Position numbers and translations under genes: made by a program | Notes under the pieces: generated by a model | What the model was told of the DNA's origin: nothing | Seen by the model: the letters and a program-made list of their open reading frames with translations, nothing else | Databases searched by the model: none | In this document: piece after piece, positions 1 through 13,400 of the stretch | How the letters are laid out: the number at the start of each line of letters is the position of its first letter | Position numbering within the stretch: the first letter of the stretch is position 1 | Assembly: GCA_950097015.1 (NCBI GenBank) | Contig: CATNEN010000032.1 | Coordinates: 2,666,001-2,730,000 of the forward strand | From: Macrostomum hystrix | Taxonomy: Eukaryota; Animalia; Platyhelminthes | Length of the DNA: 64,000 bases | Direction: 5' to 3'

Positions 1-81
1 AGTGTTGCAGTGTGGCTGACAAGCCTTCAAAAAGACTCTTGTAGTTGGACAGGGAAAGGCGATTGTGGTAATCATACGAGT

Positions 82-400
82 ATTAATAATAATTGCAGGG
101 AGGTTGCGGGCAATGGCACATCATTTGGTGACACTATAGACCAGCAGCCAGCGAGGAGGCAATTCTGCCGATTTCGCTGAGTCCTAAGCACACACACACA
201 CAGGTGTGTACATCTGCCCTGACATTCTCATCTACAGGCACTGTACACTCTCACTGTGCCTTGGAGGTTGGCCCTCAAGGGCGTGACAAGCCTCCAAGCC
301 TTCTCTCGGCGGATGCGCCCAAAATGAATGTGGCCTCGACGCGGAATCGAGCTCAGGGACCTTGGTGCGAGAGGCAAACGCGATAACCACTCGCACGATT
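82..400 (-). mobile_element. tRNA-derived SINE, family A, copy 1 (in innexin intron)
   Basis: Minus strand reads A-box-like TGCGAGTGG and B-box-like GAGCTCGATTCC, then a body shared with copies at ~52791, ~54575, ~57275 and ~63325 (GGCAGAATTGCCTCCTCGCTGG...GTCACCAAATGATGTGCCATTGCCCGCA), ending in an (ATT)n tail. Confidence 0.8.
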
Positions 401-517
401 CATAATTATACTTCTGTTTGCCTGCAGATGAAGATAAGAAATTAACTCCGGTGATGCTTCGAGAGTAGTATAAAATAATAATTCGGTGGGTGGTCCGCGT
501 TCCCCTGCCTAACACAG

Positions 518-1097
518 GTGTGATTTCTACGCCGATCTAGTTGGCAGCCAGACCAAATTCACCGTCCAATGCGTCCTGCCCAACAATATGCTGAATGAGA
601 AGATGTACATCTTCCTCTGGTTCTGGGTGTGCGCCTTGGCCTTGCTAACCTCTGTGTCCTGCCTCAGCTGGGCGATTTCGTCGCTTCTGCCATCGTCGCG
701 CCGCGCCCTGTTGAAGAAGTACCTTCGAGTTGGTGGCGCGCCGCCTCAGCCGGGCGACAAGTCCGCGGCCCGGCGATTCCTGCGCGGCTTCCTTCGTCAG
801 GACGGAGTCTTCCTGCTGCGCATGATCGGCCGCTGCGCCGGCGACCTGCTGGCAGCCGACGTCACTCGCGAAGTCTGCCGTCGGTATCGGGACAGTCAGG
901 TTTTAGCGGCGCAGGCCTGGGAGCACTTGACGATGCCTATGACGACGGCTGCGTCGGCGGCAGCTCCGCTGACTAGCGCGACGCTGAAGCTGGCGCAGCG
1001 AAGGCTGTCTGCTGGTCGAGCCGGTCATGGCAGCAGCGGGGATGCGGCTTGTGGAGGCGACTGCGAGTTAGACGATGAAGAAACCACCTACGTGTGA
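518..1097 (+). CDS. Innexin (gap junction protein), last coding exon; upstream exons lie outside the window
   Basis: AG acceptor at 516-517, then CDFYADLVGSQTKFTVQCVLPNNMLNEKMYIFLWFW and FLRQDGVFLLRMI, the innexin second extracellular loop, TM4 and C-terminal motifs; stop at 1095-1097. Confidence 0.93.
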
Positions 1098-1126
1098 CCT
1101 GAGCTAAGCTGTATCTTGAGTCCTTG

Positions 1127-2652
1127 AGAATTCAGTCTAGATTATGACCGAATCCTTGAGAAATCGGCCTATAGATTATGACCGAATCCTTGAGAAATCG
1201 GCCTATAGATTATGACCGAATCCTTGAGAAATCGGCCTATAGATTATGACCAAATCCTTGAGAAATCAGCCTATAGATTAAGACCGAATCCTTGAGAAAT
1301 CGGCCTATAGATTATGACTGAATCCTTGAGAAATCAGCCTATAGATTATGACCGAATCCTTGAGAAATCGGCCTATAGATTATGACTGAATCCTTGAGAA
1401 ATCAGCCTATAGATTATGACCGAATCCTTGAGAAATCGGCCTATAGATTATGACCGAATCCTTGAGAAATCGGCCTATAGATTATGACCGAATCCTTGAG
1501 AAATCAGCCTATAGATTATGACCGAATCCTTGAGAAATCAGCCTATAGATTATGACCGAATCCTTGAGAAATCAGCCTATAGATTATGACCGAATCCTTG
1601 AGAAATCAGCCTATAGATTATGACCGAATCCTTGAGAAATCAGCCTATAGATTATGACTGAATCCTTGAGAAATCAGCCTATAGATTATGACCGAATCCT
1701 TGAGAAATCGGCCTATAGATTATGACCGAATCCTTGAGAAATCGGCCTATAGATTATGACCGAATCCTTGAGAAATCAGCCTATAGATTATGACCGAATC
1801 CTTGAGAAATCGGCCTATAGATTATGACCGAATCCTTGAGAAATCAGCCTGTAGATTATGACCGAATCCTTGAGAAATCAGCCTATAGATTATGGCCGAA
1901 TCCTTGAGAAATCAGCCTATAGATTATGACCGAATCCTTGAGAAATCGGCCTATAGATTATGACCGAATCCTTGAGAAATCGGCCTATAGATTATGACCG
2001 AATCCTTGAGAAATCAGCCTATAGATTATGGCCGAATCCTAGAGAAATCGGCCTATAGATTATGACCGAATCCTTGAGAAATCAGCCTATAGATTATGAC
2101 CGAATCCTTGAGAAATCAGCCTATAGATTATGACCGAATCCTTGAGAAATCAGCCTATAGATTATGACCGAATCCTTGAGAAATCAGCCTATAGATTATG
2201 ATCGAATCCTTGAGAAATCAGCCTATAGATTATGACCGAATCCTTGAGAAATTAGTGTAGATTATGACCAAATCCTTGAGAAATCTGTCTAGATTATGGC
2301 CGAATCCTAGAGAAATCAGCCTAGATTATGGCCGAATCCTAGAGAAATCAGCCTAGATTATGGCCGAATCCTAGAGAAATCAGCCTAGATTATGACCGAA
2401 TCCTAGAGAAATCAGCCTAGATTATGGCCGAATCCTAGAGAAATCAGCCTAGATTATGGCCGAATCCTAGAGAAATCAGCCTAGATTATGGCCGAATCCT
2501 TGAGAAATCTGTCTAGATTATTACTGACTCCTTGAGAAATCGGCCTATAGATTATGACCGAATCCTTGAGAAATTGGTGTAGATTATGACCAAATCCTTG
2601 AGAAATCAGTCTAGATTATTACTGACTCCTTGAGAAATCGGACTAGATTATG
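1127..2652. repeat. Minisatellite, 34-bp unit changing to a 32-bp unit at ~2250
   Basis: TAGATTATGACCGAATCCTTGAGAAATCGGCCTA repeated head to tail; distal units read TAGATTATGGCCGAATCCTAGAGAAATCAGCC. Confidence 0.97.
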
Positions 2653-3795
2653 AAGGTTTTTGTTTCAATCTTTGTGGAATCGGTAGAATATGGAGAATAT
2701 GGAAAAATGTTTAGTGCTGTTGTGTTTTTTTTTATAGCCACATTCTCTTTTGCTACTATGAGCAGCAGTCTGCAGAGTGGATGGCAAATATGTTAGTAAA
2801 AGCATGTCGACTTTCAGATCCAGTTACGCTCACACGGTAGCAATGAAATTTTGACAGCGATTGCATGCAAGTACTCAAGGCTAGTCTAAGATTTTCTCGC
2901 TAGTGAATATATTAACAAAGCGAATCGTGAGTTAAGTTTCAATTCAACACAGATAAAGGCTGACATTTAATGCCATGCTAGCATGATGCGTATAACTAAC
3001 TACCCTTCGCTTCATGGGAGCTACAAGACTGATAATTCTAGTTGCCGAGGTGGAGACTTGTCATCCACTCATCCCCCACACAAAAAAACTTAGTCTAAAC
3101 CTGAACAAATCAGCGTACAGTCGATACTGTAAGTACATTGCCTTCCAACCTTATTGTACACCTTTTTTCTAATCTAAAGACTTTCTGTCTATTTCTTTCT
3201 CACCCAGCAGGTGAGACACAGCGCGAGCAAGCCTCAGTCTGCTATGAGTGTACAAATTGATAATGTACAATATATGGTATATGACACCGCATGGCTTGCG
3301 AAAATCAACGCCCTTTGAGTGAAGCTATAAAAATATATTCATTATAAAGCAGCCAGTTTTGTTCCAAGAAGAAAAAAAAGTATATTATTGTTTGCTGCTT
3401 TTAACCCGCAAGTTTAAACCGGTAAGTTGTTGTTTTATAAGTACGGCATCTACTTTTGCTACTCGGAAAAAAACCCAACTGAAAAGCGGCTCATTTGAAG
3501 TCGGGAAAAAATCCACTTTTATTTTGCGGGATGTAATGCATGTAAATCCCGTAGCCATGTGTCTGGATATGTCTATGGTAAAAGTAGAAATGTACCGATT
3601 GTTATAAATGAGAAATATAAGCTACGAAAAACTATTAAATTTCATCGAGCGGGCTTTTGAAGCCGTTTCCCGCCGGGAGTTTGGCTTCGAACGTACGAGT
3701 AAAGGACTATTTTATTTTAAACACGTAATGTAATAACTAAGTTATCTATAACAGTTGAGCTTTTATCATCGTCCATTAGGTCGACCGAATACAAT

Positions 3796-4678
3796 CAGGG
3801 GTAGGCAAACTTATTTGCTGGCGGGCCAAAGAGAGAACCTAAAAGACGACAGCGGGCCGCATTGACTGTATAAATATGAGATAGGGGAGAGATGAGACAC
3901 GGGAGAGATGAGACACGGGAGAGATTAGACACAGGAGAGATAAGACACGGGAGAGATAAGACACGGGAGAGATGAGACACAGGAGAGATAAGACACGGGA
4001 GAGATGAGACACAGGAGAGATTAGACACGGGAGAGATGAGATACGGGAGAGATGAGACACGGGAGAGATGAGACACGGGAGAGATAAGACACGGGAGAGA
4101 TGAGACACAGGAGAGATTAGACACAGGAGAGATTAGACACGGGAGAGATGAGACACGGGAGAGATTAGACACGGGAGAGATAAGACACGGGAGAGATGAG
4201 ACACGGGAGAGATGAGACACGGGAGAGATAAGACACGGGAGAGATGAGACACGGGAGAGATTAGACACGGGAGAGATAAGACACGGGAGAGATGAGACAC
4301 GGGAGAGATTAGACACAGGAGAGATTAGACACGGGAGAGATGAGACACGGGAGAGATTAGACACGGGAGAGATAAGACACGGGAGAGATGAGACACGGGA
4401 GAGATTAGACACAGGAGAGATTAGACACGGGAGAGATGAGACACGGGAGAGATAAGACACGGGAGAGATAAGACAGGGGAGAGATTAGACACAGGAGAGA
4501 TGAGACACGGGAGAGATAAGACACGGGAGAGATGAGACACAGGAGAGATGAGACACGGGAGAGATAAGACACGAGAGAGATGAAACAGGGCACTGTAAAT
4601 GTCAGAAGGGGCAACGGGCAGGTTTTGGGAGCTTCGAGGGCCGCATCTGGCCCGTAGGCCGGAGTTTGCCGACCCCTG
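3796..4678 (+). mobile_element. hAT-type MITE with internal 16-bp minisatellite, copy 1 (883 bp)
   Basis: TIRs CAGGGGTAGGCAAACT / AGTTTGCCGACCCCTG; internal (GAGACACGGGAGAGAT)n. Flanking 8-mers do not match in this copy. Confidence 0.88.
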
Positions 4679-5846
4679 GAAGCATGTTTTTAAACGGTGC
4701 ATTTCTAAGGAAATATGCAAATTATTGTATTTTTTAAACGCGATCTAGTCGGTAAGGAAGAGAAATGCTTAGCACTCAGAGTCAGCAGTTCGATAGATGG
4801 TTTTTACTGATTCGATCGGGAATTGGGGATTTTCCCCTATTTAGGGACTATATTCCCTAATTGCATCATTCCGGTAGCTTCATGAATTGCAACTAGCTAA
4901 AAACTGTTTAGCATATCGCTGCAAAGCCGACCCACTCCAACAGCTTCTAGGTTGATTCTCTGGCAGATCCCTTTAGTGCCCAGGGCATCATACACGATTT
5001 CTGCTTCGACTGTTAGCCTGTTTGATTGATAGAACAAAAATTAATTCGAAATAGGCATTCCTAGTCACGAAAAATTTGACCACAGCTTATAAATCAGGAT
5101 TTATATCATCCAACTGGGGGGCCAGCTATAAGGCCTTATAGAGTTCAGTAGTTTCGTTTACTAGAAAAAAGGTTTTCAAATTCTAGTAAACAAAATCAAG
5201 AAGAAAGAGAATAAGAAGTGAAGGATTAGATGGAAGAGGTGGAGGAGGAGAGGGTCTAACCATAGACATCTGCTGTCAAGGTGTGTGAAAATACATGCCC
5301 TATTACTTGTATGTAACGAGCGCCGGGTAGCGTTGATAAAAAACAACTATTTTTTTGTTTCCTCGATCAGTAATCTCAATGGTCAAGGCTTAACAGTATT
5401 TCAAAAATCCTCATATTTCCTTTTTTTCTGCGTCTCCCTAAATATTATTCTATTAAAAACGACATGAAAATCCAGAACTGGAGCTAACATTTTCCGCTCT
5501 AGCCGATTAAACAAATTCCGGAATCCCAAAGCATCGACATCGTCGAGATGTTCACCGATTCTCGTTGTGGTGTCTGGTGGCTGAAACCAGCAATGTGGGT
5601 ATTTCACAAAAATCGGTCATTCAGTTTGGGAGAAAATTAAACTTTATAAAGGTCGTTTAACAATACTCCCTAAATGCCTAGCTCTTTTGCTTAAGCAAAA
5701 ATTACGGAAAGCGTTGTCACAGCAAATCCCCCAGTTTGATGCCATTTTTAACTTCCCAGGCCGTCTAGCCATTCAGAGGATTGCCCGATTGCCAAAGAGG
5801 AGGTCTCAAAGTGCACAGAACACAGTCACACGAGTAAACTAAATTT

Positions 5847-6281
5847 ATGCTCCGTCGTTGGATTACAGCTCCCAGCAGCTTGCTTCATCAAATCCGCCTG
5901 ATTTCATCCGCAGCCATGGCCAAGGCAGTCGACTACGATGAGGTTGTCAAGATGCTGAAGTCCAACACGGGCCTTCTCCTGGATGTCCGCTCGAAGGAAG
6001 AGCTGGACACCCACGGCCGCTATCCGAAGTACCTCCACGTGCCCCACACCGAGGTTGCTGAGGCCATGCAGCTGCCCGAGGCGGACTTCAAAGCGCGTTA
6101 CCATGGCGACAAGCCGAAACCAGGCGACCAGATTGTGACCTCGTGCATGGCGGGCAAGCGGGCTGGTATGGCTGCTGAAGCCCTCGCCAAGCTCAACTTC
6201 TCCAACGTGAGCGTCTACAGCGGCAGCTTCAGCGACTGGAAGAGCCACCAGAGCGACCCCAGCAAGGCCTACGGCAACTAG
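5847..6281 (+). CDS. Single-domain rhodanese / sulfurtransferase-like protein, intronless CDS
   Basis: LLLDVRSKEE, VTSCMAGKRA (active-site Cys loop), VYSGSFSDW; second in-frame ATG at 5916. Confidence 0.92.
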   Translation: MLRRWITAPSSLLHQIRLISSAAMAKAVDYDEVVKMLKSNTGLLLDVRSKEELDTHGRYPKYLHVPHTEVAEAMQLPEADFKARYHGDKPKPGDQIVTSCMAGKRAGMAAEALAKLNFSNVSVYSGSFSDWKSHQSDPSKAYGN

Positions 6282-7042
6282 AGAAGCGGAAATAAGAGAC
6301 CAGCCGATATGTAGCGAAAGCTGTCAAATCAGCTTCTCATGGAATTGTGACAACAGAATTATGCATAAATAATGTTAGGAATTTTCAAACTTATTTAGTC
6401 CTCAAGCGTAAAAACTAAGCTAGTTAGAAATCGAATTGACAAAAACTCTTGCCCACAACCACAATGTTCGCAACGGTAACAAAGGTATGAATTTATGCAT
6501 TAACCTAGTTGTACTCTTCTAGTACACATTTCTTCTTTCGCAAAAGTTATTCCAGCTATTTGTAGCTAAAATTTCATGAACTATTTCAAATGGACCAATT
6601 TATATTTTTGTTTAATTTTTCTAGCTGATAATGGTACTAAACAAAGACGAAAAAACAAAAAGCAAAAATAACGACAGTAATTTCTGTAACAATTGGACTT
6701 GCAATGACAAAAGGCGCAAAGTTAAATATAATTAAGTGATTTTATTAATATGTTTTAATTTTTGCATCTCAGCCGATTTGGATTTTTAGAAGTTAAATTG
6801 TTGGTCAAGCCGGCAAATATGCTTCGCCACTACTGTAAGTAGTCAAATAGCGCACTATTCAAGGGACAGCAACTTTTAGCCACGACAGACAACAGCCAAA
6901 GCAGAGGAGAAAACTGTCGAAGAAAACGAAATTTCTTAGAAAAAAAGAAAAAAAATTCACTACAGGACAAAGAAGAATATATCTAATTTATGCTTACTAA
7001 CAACTTTAACAAAGTTTACAGATTTACAAATAACTCGTTTTT

Positions 7043-7358
7043 TACAGGGTTACCTGGTTACAGGGTTACCTGGTTACAGGGTTACCTGGTTACAGGGTTA
7101 CCTGGTTACAGGGTTACCTGGTTACAGGGTTACCTGGTTACAGGGTTACCTGGTTACAGGGTTACCTGGTTACAGGGTTACCTGGTTACAGGGTTACCTG
7201 GTTACAGGGTTACCTGGTTACAGGGTTACCTGGTTACAGGGTTACCTGGTTACAGGGTTACCTGGTTACAGGGTTACCTGGTTACAGGGTTACCTGGTTA
7301 CAGGGTTACCTGGTTACAGGGTTACCTGGTTACAGGGTTACCTGGTTACAGGGTTACA
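7043..7358. repeat. Homogeneous 16-bp tandem array
   Basis: (GGGTTACCTGGTTACA)n, about 20 identical units. Confidence 0.97.
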
Positions 7359-7494
7359 GTGATCATTGCACAAAAGAGTAAAACAAACAGATACAATATA
7401 CAAGAAGGTGCAGTATAATCCGGTCTAGTTAGTTGGGATTCTTTAATTTCTAAATAGTTTCGCAGAAAACTGGAAAAAATTGCTTGCGCAACAG

Positions 7495-10400
7495 TCAAAG
7501 GTCAGTCTCAACCAGAGCAGTTCCTTCCTCATCAGCAGGTTTTGGTCTGTCCTCGCCCGGAATGCCGTTCTTGTCTAGCGGAGCGTACTGAATCTCATCG
7601 GCTGCACCGCCTCCGTCATCCGGTCGCCGTTGCTCGCGACTCTGCCGACGCTGCTGGCTTCGGCGAGCAAGACGGGCAGCCAACGGCCGGCAGGGAATGG
7701 CGAGTAGGGCCGCCAGGGCCTGTCGAAACTGCTCGGACATGCCGTAGTAGAAGAAGAAGTTGATGCTGTGGTTGAAGAGAGTCATGAGGTCGAACACGTC
7801 GCCAAGCGGATCGTAGAAGCGCTTGGAGAAGCAATTCTTGTTGGACGAGGAGCCGAGAAGAAAGTACAGGACGGCCTGCGGATATTTTAACAGAGCTTGC
7901 GCCTTTCTGACAAATCATATTTGTCACACCCATTTATCCCTAGATGAGGACCCATCTATCCCTAGATGAGGACCTATCTATCCCTAGATTAGGACCTACC
8001 TATCCCTAGATGAGGACCCATCTATCCCTAGATTAGGACCTACCTATCCCTAGATGAGGACCCATCTATCCTAGATGAGGACCCATCATCCCTAGATGAG
8101 GACCCATCTATCCTAGATGAGGACCCATCTATCCTAGATGAGGACCCATCTATCCTAGATGAGGACCCATCTATCCCTAGATGAGGACCCATCTATCCTA
8201 GATGAGGACCCATCTATCCCTAGATGAGAATGTACTATTTTGTGTAGTAAATTTTTTCAAAATTAAATTTTGCAATAAATTTGTTTTGTCGAATCCATTA
8301 CCGAAATTAAAATTCTAGGACGGCTAACATTTGGGTACATGGGCTTTGGGCTTTATACACGAGCTAGCTCGTATATTCTGCTTAGTTTCCTTGAGAAAAA
8401 TACTTGATTACCTTCTGCTTTGAGTTCACCGAGCTTTTAAATGGGTGCCAGCATCAGCTGGTAAAGAAATTGAGGTGGGTGTGACCGCCTCTACAGTCCA
8501 CGGACTGAACAGGTGTAGGCAGCCTTTGAAAGGACCGACTCACTATGAGTACATCTGGGCCAAAAATTAGACCGATTAAATTGAGAACATTAGGTGAAAC
8601 GTCACCCGTTTGAGTAAGGCATTCATGTGTTCTCAGACCAAGGTGTGCTTTTTCATTAAAATCCGTTTCAAATTTAGAAGCTGCTCTGTTCTGCTGAGTA
8701 TACCTACTCAGGCCCATCTCCACTTAATATCTGCATCATCTTTCAGGCGCACAGCTTTTTCCGTTGGTTTCGGCTGCCATTGTTTCTACAGGTAGATTTA
8801 AAAAATAATCATTTTCTGAGTCGCCGCCAAGCTCAACTAACCCAGCTCAGAGAGGCCTGTGCTTATGTTGTCTCCGAGCGCCAAGCTGCTCCAGACAAAC
8901 ACAATTCACAAATAGCGCAGCCTAAGCTAGATCAACAATAGGCTAAGTGACTGTGATTTATCTATCTGCGAATTTGTATAGCCGCTAATGTAAGCTAGCT
9001 GAGCATTTTCCTGCTTCCTGTATTGACTGCTCGAACAAATAACTGCCGGAGATGTTTGAGATTCAAGGAAAATTCTCAAAGATCCGAAAGATTGCCAGGT
9101 GACAACTGGATTTCAAGGATTGACAGTTGGTTGCTAGGGAGATAATGCGTTGCTAGGGTAGGATAGGTTGCTTTTGTAGACAGTGGGTTGATAAGGTATA
9201 GACGGTTTGGTTGCTATGGTAGACAGTTGGTTGCTATGGTAGACAGTTGGTTGCTATGGTAGACAGTTGGTTGCTATGGTAGACAGTTGGTTGCTATGGT
9301 AGACAGTTGGTTGCTATGGTAGACAGTTGGTTGCTATGGTAGACAGTTGGTTGCTATGGTAGACAGTTGGTTGCTATGGTAGACAGTTGGTTGCTATGGT
9401 AGACAGTTGGTTGCTATGGTAGACAGTTGGTTGCTATGGTAGACAGTTGGTTGCTATGGTAGACAGTTGGTTGATAAGGTAGACGGTTGGTTGATAAGGT
9501 AGATGTTGGTTGATAAGGTAGACGGTTTGGTTGCTATGGTTGACGGTTGGTTGATAAGGTAGACGGTTTGGTTGCTATGATAGACGGTTTGGTTGCTATG
9601 ATAGACGGTTGGTTGCTATGGTAGACAGTTGGTTGCTATGGTTAACGGTTGATTGCAGAAGTAGACAATGGGTTGCTATTGTAGACGGTTTGGTTGCTAT
9701 GGTAGACAGTTGGTTGCTATGGTAGACAGTTGGTTGCTATGGTAGACTCTTGGTTGCTATTTCACATTGTAGCGGCAGCGGAGTGAAGATGCATTACAAA
9801 TCCGGTGTGTTCTTAGATCTTGGCGGCGAACTACAAAGGAATCCTCCAGGCTTTGGGGTGAAAACGAACCCGGAAGTGCTTCCGATACCTCAGATTCAAA
9901 TTCAGATTCAAAAGACAGAGAATTTTTGCTTCCGCTAAAAAGATTTCTTAAATTCCAATTGCTGTCGCATATTTGCCGAGTCAAAGTCGCTCGCCCTGCA
10001 GTGCCAAAGCCAGAATTTGCACTTTATCTTTCGCTAAATTCTTCTTCCTGCATTTCGAGCCATAGCGGCCCACCCCTACACAGTGCACCTATCGATTCCT
10101 TCATTCCACAGCCAAGATTTTTGCCTTCTGCAGTAGGGCTGATCATGCGTGAGCATGGGCTCTAGTCTTTTGTGGCTGCTGCTGCTGCTGCTAGTGATTT
10201 GACGTGCTCATGCTACTGTGACAGGCAGAGAAAAAATCTTAACTCATCTAGCGGTGGGAGATTTCATTTGCCAGCTCATCGCTGAGCACGCAAGAGTTCT
10301 CTCATCTCAGATATCTTCCAGATTGACATTGTGCTAGCTAAATTTGGTATTGCTTTTGCATAAAAACCTTGCGGACCCGATGAAGTGAGATATAGAAAGG

Positions 10401-13400
10401 CTTTGGCACTCTTGGAAAGGCATTGGCATTCCTCGAAAGTCTTTGTTATTCCTGGAGAGATTTTGACATTCCTGGAAAGGGCCTTGGGATTCCAGGAAAA
10501 GCTTTCGGATTCTAGGAAATGATTTTGGCTTCTTGGAAAGACTGATTGGCAGCGTTTCATATCGGGCTGATTTGATATTTTGGCAGCGTATATTGTTGTT
10601 TTCTCACTGTTGTTATCATTGTTTTGTTGTTGTTGGTGTTTTTGTAGTTGGGATTAGCCAAAATTATAGATGTAAGATTAATCGAAATCAAACTTATTCC
10701 AGACAATTATTTTACGAGTAAGAAAGACATTTAATTCATTTAGATCTAGAAGAAGAACATCAAGATCTAAGAAAGGACTTAGAAATCTTAGAAATCGCAG
10801 TCAAGGCGTTGTATTTCTATAAAACAACTGTGAGAATTCAGTAAAGACACATGGATTCAAGGAAAGACACAGGGATTCGAGGAAAGACACAGGGATTCGA
10901 GGAAAGACAGTGATTCAAGGAAAGACATTGGGATTCGAAGAAAGACACAGGGATTCAAGGAAAGACACGGGGATTCAAGGAAAGACACAGGGATTCAAGG
11001 AAAGACACAGGGATTCAAGGAAAGACACAGGGATTCGAGGAAAGACACAGGGATTCGAGGAAAGACACAGGGGTTGAAGGAAAGACACGGGGATTCAAGG
11101 AAAGCTACAGGGATTCAAGGAAAGCTACAGGGATTCAAGGAAAGACACAGGGATTCGAGGAAAGACACAGGGATTCAAGGAAAGACACAGGGATTCAAGG
11201 AAAGCTACAGGGATTCAAGGAAAGACACAGGGATTCAAGGAAAGACACAAGGATTCAAGTAAAGCTACAGGGATTCAAGGAAAGACATAGGGATTCGAGG
11301 AAAGACACATGGATTCAAGGAAAGACACAGGGATTCAAGGAAAGCTACAGGGATTCAAGGAAAGCTACAGGGATTCAAGGAAAGACACAGGGATTCGAGG
11401 AAAGACACAGTGATTCAAGGAGAGACACGGGGATTCAAGGAAAGACACAGGGATTCAAGGAAAGACACAGGGATTCAAGGAAAGACACAGGGATTCGAGG
11501 AAAGACACAGGGATTCGAGGAAAGACACAGGGGTTGAAGGAAAGACACGGGGATTCAAGGAAAGCTACATGGATTCAAGGAAAGACACAGGGATTCAAGG
11601 AAAGACACGGGGATTCAAGGAAAGCTACAGGGATTGAAGGAAAGACACAGGGATTCAAGGAAAGCTACAGGGATTCAAGGAAAGACACAGGGATTCAAGG
11701 AAAGACACAAGGATTCAAGGAAAGCTACAGGGATTCAAGGAAAGACATAGGGATTCGAGGAAGGACACAGGGATTCAAGGAAAGACACAGGGATTCAAGG
11801 AAAGACACATGGATTCAAGGAAAGACACAGGGATTCAAGGAAAGCTACAGGGATTCAAGGAAAGCTACAGGGATTCAAGGAAAGACACAGGGATTCGAGG
11901 AAAGACACAGGGATTCAAGGAAAGACACAGGGATTCAAGGAAAGACACAGGGATTCAAGGAAAGACACAGGGATTCAAGGAAAGACACAGGGATTCGAGG
12001 AAAGACACAGGGATTCAAGGAAAGACATAGGGATTCGAGGAAAGACACAGGGATTCGAGGAAAGACACAGGGATTCAAGGAAAGACACAGGGATTCAAGG
12101 AAAGCTACAGGGATTCAAAAAAGGCACAGGGATTCAAGGAAAGATACAGGGATTCAAGGAAAGCTACAGGGATTCAAGGAAAGCTACAGGGATTCAAGGA
12201 AAGACACAGGGATTCAAGGAAAGCTACAGGGATTCAAGGAAAGATACAGGGATTCAAGGAAAGACACAGGGATTCAAGGAAAGCTACAGGGATTCAAGGA
12301 AAGACACAGGGATTCAAGGAAAGACACAGGGATTCAAGGAAAGCTACAGGGATTCAAGGAAAGATACAGGGATTAAAGGAAAGACACAGGGATTCAAGGA
12401 AAGACACAGGGATTCAAGGAAAGACACAGGGATTCAAGGAAAGCTACAGGGATTCAAGGAAAGACACAGGGATTCAAGGAAAGCTACAGGGATTCAAGGA
12501 AAGATACAGGGATTCAAGGAAAGACACAGGGATTCAAGGAAAGCTACAGGGATTCAAGGAAAGACACAGGGATTCAAGGAAAGACACAGGGATTCAAGGA
12601 AAGCTACAGGGATTCAAGGAAAGATACAGGGATTAAAGGAAAGACACAGGGATTCAAGGAAAGACACAGGGATTCAAGGAAAGCTACAGGGATTCAAGGA
12701 AAGCTACAGGGATTCAAGGAAAGATACAGGGATTCAAGGAAAGCTACAGGGATTCAAGGAAAGCTACAGGGATTCAAGGAAAGACACAGGGATTCAAGGA
12801 AAGCTACAGGGATTCAAGGAAAGGCACAGGGATTCAAGGAAAGCTACAGGAATTCAAGGAAAGACACAGGGATTCGAGGAAAGACACAGGGATTCAAGGA
12901 AAGACACAGGGATTCAAGGAAAGACACAGGGATTCAAGGAAAGACACAGGGATTCAAGGAAAGCTACAGGGATTCAAGGAAAGATACAGGGATTCAAGGA
13001 AAGCTACAGGGATTCAAGGAAAGCTACAGGGATTCAAGGAAAGATACAGGGATTCAAGGAAAGACATAGGGATTACAGGAAACGATATTCTTAAACAGTA
13101 CAGGTGACTAAAAAGGCACCGCTGAGGTAGATAGAAAATTCTCAATTATATTCCCAGTCGCTTTGATAAATATCATATTTCCAATATGATGCGTATTATT
13201 TGTTGTAAAACTGTCAAACAGATCTGACCACACCCAAACCACACGGTTCTTGACATGATTTCATAAAAGGAGATTTTATTTAAATAAACTACACACGGGC
13301 CAAAATTCAGGCATGACATGCATGGCTTGCTATTTTTTCTAGCTCTTTTTTGCTTTAACGAGCTCAATTGAGTCGGCCGTTAATCAATTTGAGCAATCTT

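Noticed and set aside
7043-7358. GGGTTAC-containing array as a telomeric repeat
   Set aside because: The unit is 16 bp and contains no TTAGGG or CCCTAA; it is an ordinary internal minisatellite.
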